In this document: positions 36,563 to 40,644 of the stretch, one piece after another
How positions within the stretch are numbered: the first letter of the stretch is position 1
How the letters are laid out: the number at the start of each line of letters is the position of its first letter
DNA from: Meiothermus sp.
GTDB lineage: Bacteria > Deinococcota > Deinococci > Deinococcales > Thermaceae
Direction of reading: 5' to 3'
DNA: 40,644 nt
NCBI GenBank assembly: GCA_033762915.1
Contig: JANRLD010000105.1
Span: 1 to 40,644, forward strand
The notes under the pieces: model-generated
Databases searched by the model: none
Told to the model about the DNA's origin: nothing
Seen by the model: only the letters and a program-made list of their open reading frames with translations
Position numbers and translations under genes: made by a program

Positions 36563-36760
36563 ATACGAGTTATGTTATAGCACAAGAACAGACAATTGAT
36601 ACAATCCGCAAACTAAACCCCCATCCAGGAAGTTTGTTTACTGAAAACGAGTATTAGTGTTATCGTAGCTCAAACCCATACTGCCCCAAACATAAAGCTG
36701 CGTAGAAAATCAATTCCTCTTCCCTCCAACTTTGTAACTGTGATAACTTATGCGTCAATC

Positions 36761-37837
36761 ATGACCGCACCCCAGGTTCACGCGACCACGGGCACGCTTT
36801 CGATCGAGAACGTCGTCAAGAAATTCGGCGAGACGGTGGCGCTGGGCGGGGTCAGCCTCGAGATCAAAGCGGGCGAGTTCTTCACTCTGCTGGGGCCCTC
36901 GGGCTGCGGCAAGACCACCCTGCTGCGGATTATTGCCGGCCTCGAGGTACCCACCGAGGGGCGCATCATGCTGCTGGGCAACGACCTGGCCCTGCTGCCC
37001 GCCAACAAGCGCCCGGTGAATACGGTGTTCCAGAGCTACGCGCTGTTCCCCCACCTGAGCGTCTACGAGAACATCGCCTTCGGGCTCAAGTCGCGGCGGA
37101 TGGCGGGGGCCGAGGTCGAGCGCAGGGTGAAATACGGCCTCGAGATTTTGCAGCTCGAGCGCTTCGCCCAGCGGATGCCCAACCAGCTCTCGGGCGGGCA
37201 GCGGCAGCGGGTGGCGCTGGCGCGGGCGCTGGTCAACGAGCCGCAAGTTTTGTTGCTGGACGAACCCATGAGCGCCCTGGACGCCAAACTGCGCTCCGAG
37301 GTGCAGGTGCAACTGCGGCGGCTGCAGCAGCAGCTGGGCCTGACCTTCATCCTGGTCACGCACGACCAGGACGAGGCGATGGCGGTTTCGGACCGGATCG
37401 CCCTGATGCGGGTGGGCCACGTCGAGCAAGCCGGCACGCCGGGCGAGGTCTACGAGCAGCCGCGCACCCGCTTCGCAGCGGAGTTTTTGGGGGCGGCCAA
37501 TATTCTTAAGGGGAAGAAGGCGCAGGGAGGGCTCCAGACCCTCCTGGGCGCCCTCAAGACCGAGAAAACCCCCAGCTGGGACGAGGGCTTCGTGGCCATC
37601 CGACCCGAGCGGGTGCTGCTCGACCTGAGCCAACCGGCGGTCAACGGGGTACGGGTCAAGGTGCGCGAGGTGGTGTACCGGGGCTCCTACCAGGAAGCCT
37701 GGCTCGACCCGGTAGAGGGGACGCACGGCGAGAACGACGACCTCCGCATCCGCACCGCCCCCCACCCCACCCTGCGGGCGGGGGACGAGCTGTGGGCGCA
37801 GCTGCCGGTGGAGGCCCTGGTGGTGCTCGATGGGTAA
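36761..37837 (+). CDS. potA: Polyamine ABC transporter ATPase
   Basis: GPSGCGKT, NTVFQSYALFPH, LSGGQRQRVALARAL, LLLDEP and VTHDQ. Confidence 0.88.
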   Translation: MTAPQVHATTGTLSIENVVKKFGETVALGGVSLEIKAGEFFTLLGPSGCGKTTLLRIIAGLEVPTEGRIMLLGNDLALLPANKRPVNTVFQSYALFPHLSVYENIAFGLKSRRMAGAEVERRVKYGLEILQLERFAQRMPNQLSGGQRQRVALARALVNEPQVLLLDEPMSALDAKLRSEVQVQLRRLQQQLGLTFILVTHDQDEAMAVSDRIALMRVGHVEQAGTPGEVYEQPRTRFAAEFLGAANILKGKKAQGGLQTLLGALKTEKTPSWDEGFVAIRPERVLLDLSQPAVNGVRVKVREVVYRGSYQEAWLDPVEGTHGENDDLRIRTAPHPTLRAGDELWAQLPVEALVVLDG

Positions 37838-38738
37838 GCTGATCGTCTGGTTTGGCGAACTGGCCACGCCGGGGCAGCTCTACCGGCGCGGGCTATGGTG
37901 GCTGCTGCCGGCCACGCTGTGGCTGCTGACGCTGCTGGTGCTGCCCAGCCTTCTGCTGATCGCGCTGGCCTTCGCGGAGCGGGGACAGTTCGGGGAGATC
38001 ATCTGGAACTTCAACCTCGAGAACTTCCGCCGCGTCCTCGGCTATGGGGTGTTCGGCTTCACGCTGGACAACCTGTTCATCTTCATGCGCACCGTGCTGG
38101 TGGCCTTCCTGACCACCCTGTTCTGCGTGGTGCTGGCCTTCCCGCTGGCCTTTTTCATCGCCAGCCGCCCGCCGCGCACCCGCTACCTCTGGCTGGCCCT
38201 GGTGATCGTGCCGTTCTGGACCAACCTGGTGATCCGCACCTACGGCTGGCAGATGCTGTTCTCGCCCGGCACGCCCTTCACCGAGTTTGCCCGGGCGCTG
38301 GGCGTGGTGGGCGAGGGGCAGGGCCTCTACCCCAGCGCCTTCGCGGTCTACGTGGGGATGATCACCGCCTTCCTGCCTTTTTTGGTGCTCCCGCTGTTCT
38401 CCTCGGTAGAGCGCATCGACTGGAGCCTGGTCGAGGCCACCCAGGACCTGTACGCCTCGAGGGTGCGCACCTTCATGCAGGGCATCCTGCCGCAGGTGGC
38501 CCCCGGCCTGACCGTGGGGGTCATCCTCACCTTCATCCCGGCGATGGGGATGTTCGTGATCCCCGACCTGCTGGGCGGCTCACGCAGCCTCTTGATGGGC
38601 AACCTGATTCAGCAGCAGTTCCTGGGCGCAGCCCGTGACTGGCCCTACGGCGCGGCCCTTAGCATCGGGCTGGTGGTCATCACCCTGATTGGGCTGGCGA
38701 TTTACAGGCGTCAGGCCAAGGAGGTGGATATCGTATGA
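37830..38738 (+). CDS. potB: Polyamine ABC transporter permease
   Basis: PFWTNLVIRTYGW, PDLLGG and RDWPYGAA. Confidence 0.88.
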   Translation: MGKLIVWFGELATPGQLYRRGLWWLLPATLWLLTLLVLPSLLLIALAFAERGQFGEIIWNFNLENFRRVLGYGVFGFTLDNLFIFMRTVLVAFLTTLFCVVLAFPLAFFIASRPPRTRYLWLALVIVPFWTNLVIRTYGWQMLFSPGTPFTEFARALGVVGEGQGLYPSAFAVYVGMITAFLPFLVLPLFSSVERIDWSLVEATQDLYASRVRTFMQGILPQVAPGLTVGVILTFIPAMGMFVIPDLLGGSRSLLMGNLIQQQFLGAARDWPYGAALSIGLVVITLIGLAIYRRQAKEVDIV

Positions 38739-39523
38739 CCCGCCTCCACCCCGCCGTCCTGTTCACCGCCCTCACCACCCTGGCGTTGCTCTACTTGCCT
38801 ATGCTGGCGGTAGCGATCCTGAGCTTCAACCAGACCCGCTTCGGACTCCAGTGGACGGGGTTCACCTTCGACTGGTACGTGAGGCTGTTCAACAACGCCG
38901 AAATCCGGGAGGCCACCATCAACACGCTGTTCCTGGCGGTGGTCTCGACGCTGATTGCGACGGTGCTGGGGACGATGCTGGCCATAGCCCTCGAGCGCTA
39001 CCCCTGGAGCAAGCGCGTCAGCAACTGGCTGGACAACCTGCTCTACCTCCCGGTGGTCACGCCGGACATCATCATGGCCGCCACGCTGGTGGTGGTTTTC
39101 GGCGTCCTGCGTCAGGTGTTCGCGATTTTCGAGGCGGGCATGTTTACCATGATTCTGGGCCACGTCACCTTCCAGATCGCCTTCGTGACCCTGATCGTAG
39201 CAAGCCGGCTGCGAAGTCTGGGGGCGGACTTGGACGAGGCCGCCCGGGACCTCTACGCCGACTACGGCTACTACCTGCGGCGCATCCTGCTGCCGCTGCT
39301 GGCCCCCGGCATCGTGGCCGGGGCGATGCTGGCCTTCACCCTCTCCCTCGACGACTTCGTGATCAGCCTCTTCACCGCCGGCCCGGCCTCCCAGACCCTG
39401 CCGCTGTTCATCTACGCCTCGGTGCGCCGCGGGGTAACCCCGGAGATCCACGCGCTCTCGACGATCATCTTCCTGGCCACGATGCTGCTGGTGCTGTTCG
39501 CCGAGCGCCTCTCGAGAAGGTAG
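38735..39523 (+). CDS. potC: Polyamine ABC transporter permease
   Basis: EAARDL, AFTLSLDDF, TLPL.IY and GVTPEIHA; ATGA overlap with potB. Confidence 0.88.
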   Translation: MTRLHPAVLFTALTTLALLYLPMLAVAILSFNQTRFGLQWTGFTFDWYVRLFNNAEIREATINTLFLAVVSTLIATVLGTMLAIALERYPWSKRVSNWLDNLLYLPVVTPDIIMAATLVVVFGVLRQVFAIFEAGMFTMILGHVTFQIAFVTLIVASRLRSLGADLDEAARDLYADYGYYLRRILLPLLAPGIVAGAMLAFTLSLDDFVISLFTAGPASQTLPLFIYASVRRGVTPEIHALSTIIFLATMLLVLFAERLSRR

Positions 39524-39546
39524 TCAGCAGCGCACCGGCAAAGCCT

Positions 39547-39640
39547 CATCACGTTTTCCACCCTTAACCTCTCTCGCGGTGGCAGGGAATGTACTCCCTC
39601 CAGCAAAAACTGCCGCAGGGAGTATGCGTGCAAACCGCTC
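39547..39640. repeat. Dispersed ~100-bp palindromic repeat, copy 2
   Basis: Aligns to 32882-32986. Confidence 0.85.
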
Positions 39641-40270
39641 TCACTCCCGCCGGTCAAGCGCCAGCCGCAGCCCCAGGCCGACGAACAGGGCGCCGGTGAC
39701 CATCTGCTGGTAGCGCAGAAAGATCGGGTTACGCCGCAGCCAGCTCGAGAAAGCCGCCGCGAGGTAGACGTAGACGAGAATGGGGATCAGGGTGATGAGG
39801 TTGAACAGCAGCCCCAGCAGCACAAACTGAAGCACCGCGTTGCCGGAGCCAGGGTGGACGAACTGCGGCAACAGGGCCAGGAAAAAGATGGCCGTCTTGG
39901 GAATAAAGACCGCCGTGACGAAGCCCTGCCAGAACGACTGGCGCAGGTCGGCGGGGGTAGGCCCCTGACCCACCATCGGCTTGCTGCGGGTGAACAGTTC
40001 GCGCAGCCCCAGGTAGATCAGGTAGGCCGCCCCCAGGTACTTCACCACCGTGAAGGCGGCCGCCGAGGTCATTAGGATCGCCGACAGCCCGAAGGCGGCG
40101 GCCAGGGTGTGGATCATCAGGCCGGGGAAGCTGCCCAGCGCAATCGCCACCCCGGTCGGCCTGCCGCTGGTGATGCTCCGCCCGACCGCCAGGAGGATGT
40201 CCGGCCCGGGGATGAACCCCAGCACCACCGAGGTGATCAGAAACGGCAGCCAGTCTATACCACCCAACAT
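39641..40270 (-). CDS. LysE/RhtB-family exporter
   Basis: IPGPD, GLSA, KYLGAAYLIYLG, PK..IFF.A.LPQF. Confidence 0.92.
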   Translation of the reverse strand: MLGGIDWLPFLITSVVLGFIPGPDILLAVGRSITSGRPTGVAIALGSFPGLMIHTLAAAFGLSAILMTSAAAFTVVKYLGAAYLIYLGLRELFTRSKPMVGQGPTPADLRQSFWQGFVTAVFIPKTAIFFLALLPQFVHPGSGNAVLQFVLLGLLFNLITLIPILVYVYLAAAFSSWLRRNPIFLRYQQMVTGALFVGLGLRLALDRRE

Positions 40271-40327
40271 AACGCTTCCTTTCCGAGCTTATAGACGAAC
40301 AGCCCATAGGCTACTTGACCAAACCGT

Positions 40328-40364
40328 TGTCATCCTGAGTGAAACGAAGTGCAGCGAAGGATCT
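40328..40364. repeat. REP-like short element (GTCATCCTGAG...GCGAAGGATCT type)
   Basis: TGTCATCCTGAGTGAAACGAAGTGCAGCGAAGGATCT, closed by an ATCCT/AGGAT stem. It resembles a widespread intergenic repeat type as I recall it. Confidence 0.5.
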
Positions 40365-40466
40365 ACGAAGGGCGAGTGCGCGCCAATGTGGTGTTGCGAA
40401 AAAGCAACTGAAGGGTGCATTTACGCACCTACCGCCCAGCACGGAACACGGTGCGCGAGCTAAAAC

Positions 40467-40644
40467 TTAACCAGTGGTGACGTTTGCCTCGGCCCGGAAG
40501 GCTGCGGCGTGCCGGCGCACCCAGTCCTCGAGCGTCGTTGGGGTGACGGGCAGGCGGGCGTAGACCGCGTCCATGTCCACCACCATAGCGTCCAGCGGGG
40601 CGGCCTCGGAGGCGCGGTAGGCGGCAGTGACGCCGGCTTCCGCC
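40467..40644 (-). CDS. 3' end of a probable NmrA/NAD(P)-binding protein (runs off the window)
   Basis: Open frame ending PTTLEDWVRRHAAAFRAEANVTTG*. Confidence 0.55.
   Translation of the reverse strand, partial: AEAGVTAAYRASEAAPLDAMVVDMDAVYARLPVTPTTLEDWVRRHAAAFRAEANVTTG

Noticed and set aside
35160..36740. AT-rich inserts as integron cassettes or IS cargo
   Set aside because: No convincing attC, terminal inverted repeats, target duplications, integrase or transposase were found.

Overview
GC-rich bacterial chromosomal window, most likely Deinococcota (Thermaceae, Meiothermus/Calidithermus-like). This assignment is inferred from protein style, very frequent CTCGAG palindromes and many leaderless genes. 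In order, it holds: a helical-repeat orphan plus a GAF-GAF-PAS histidine kinase and a divergent OmpR-type regulator; a three-gene non-canonical pilin/chaperone/beta-barrel operon; grpB-like and yebC genes; two tandem DUF4874/DUF4832-type lipoprotein paralogues; an internally deleted histidine phosphatase; family-5 UDG; DUF3291, AraC and MaoC genes; a degenerate Zn-dehydrogenase; a form I aerobic CO dehydrogenase operon (coxMSL-G); an AT-rich AbiTii-like gene; leuS with a Leu leader-peptide attenuator; an aldo/keto reductase; two secreted proteins; MOSC; gabT; an AT-rich two-gene island; potABC; and a LysE exporter. No rRNA, tRNA, CRISPR array or transposase was seen. The best leads are the leuS attenuator, the non-canonical pilus operon, the two AT-rich defence-like inserts (one with a facing small-RNA promoter), a long structured intergenic element and a dispersed ~100-bp repeat. 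All family assignments come from motif recognition, not database searches.
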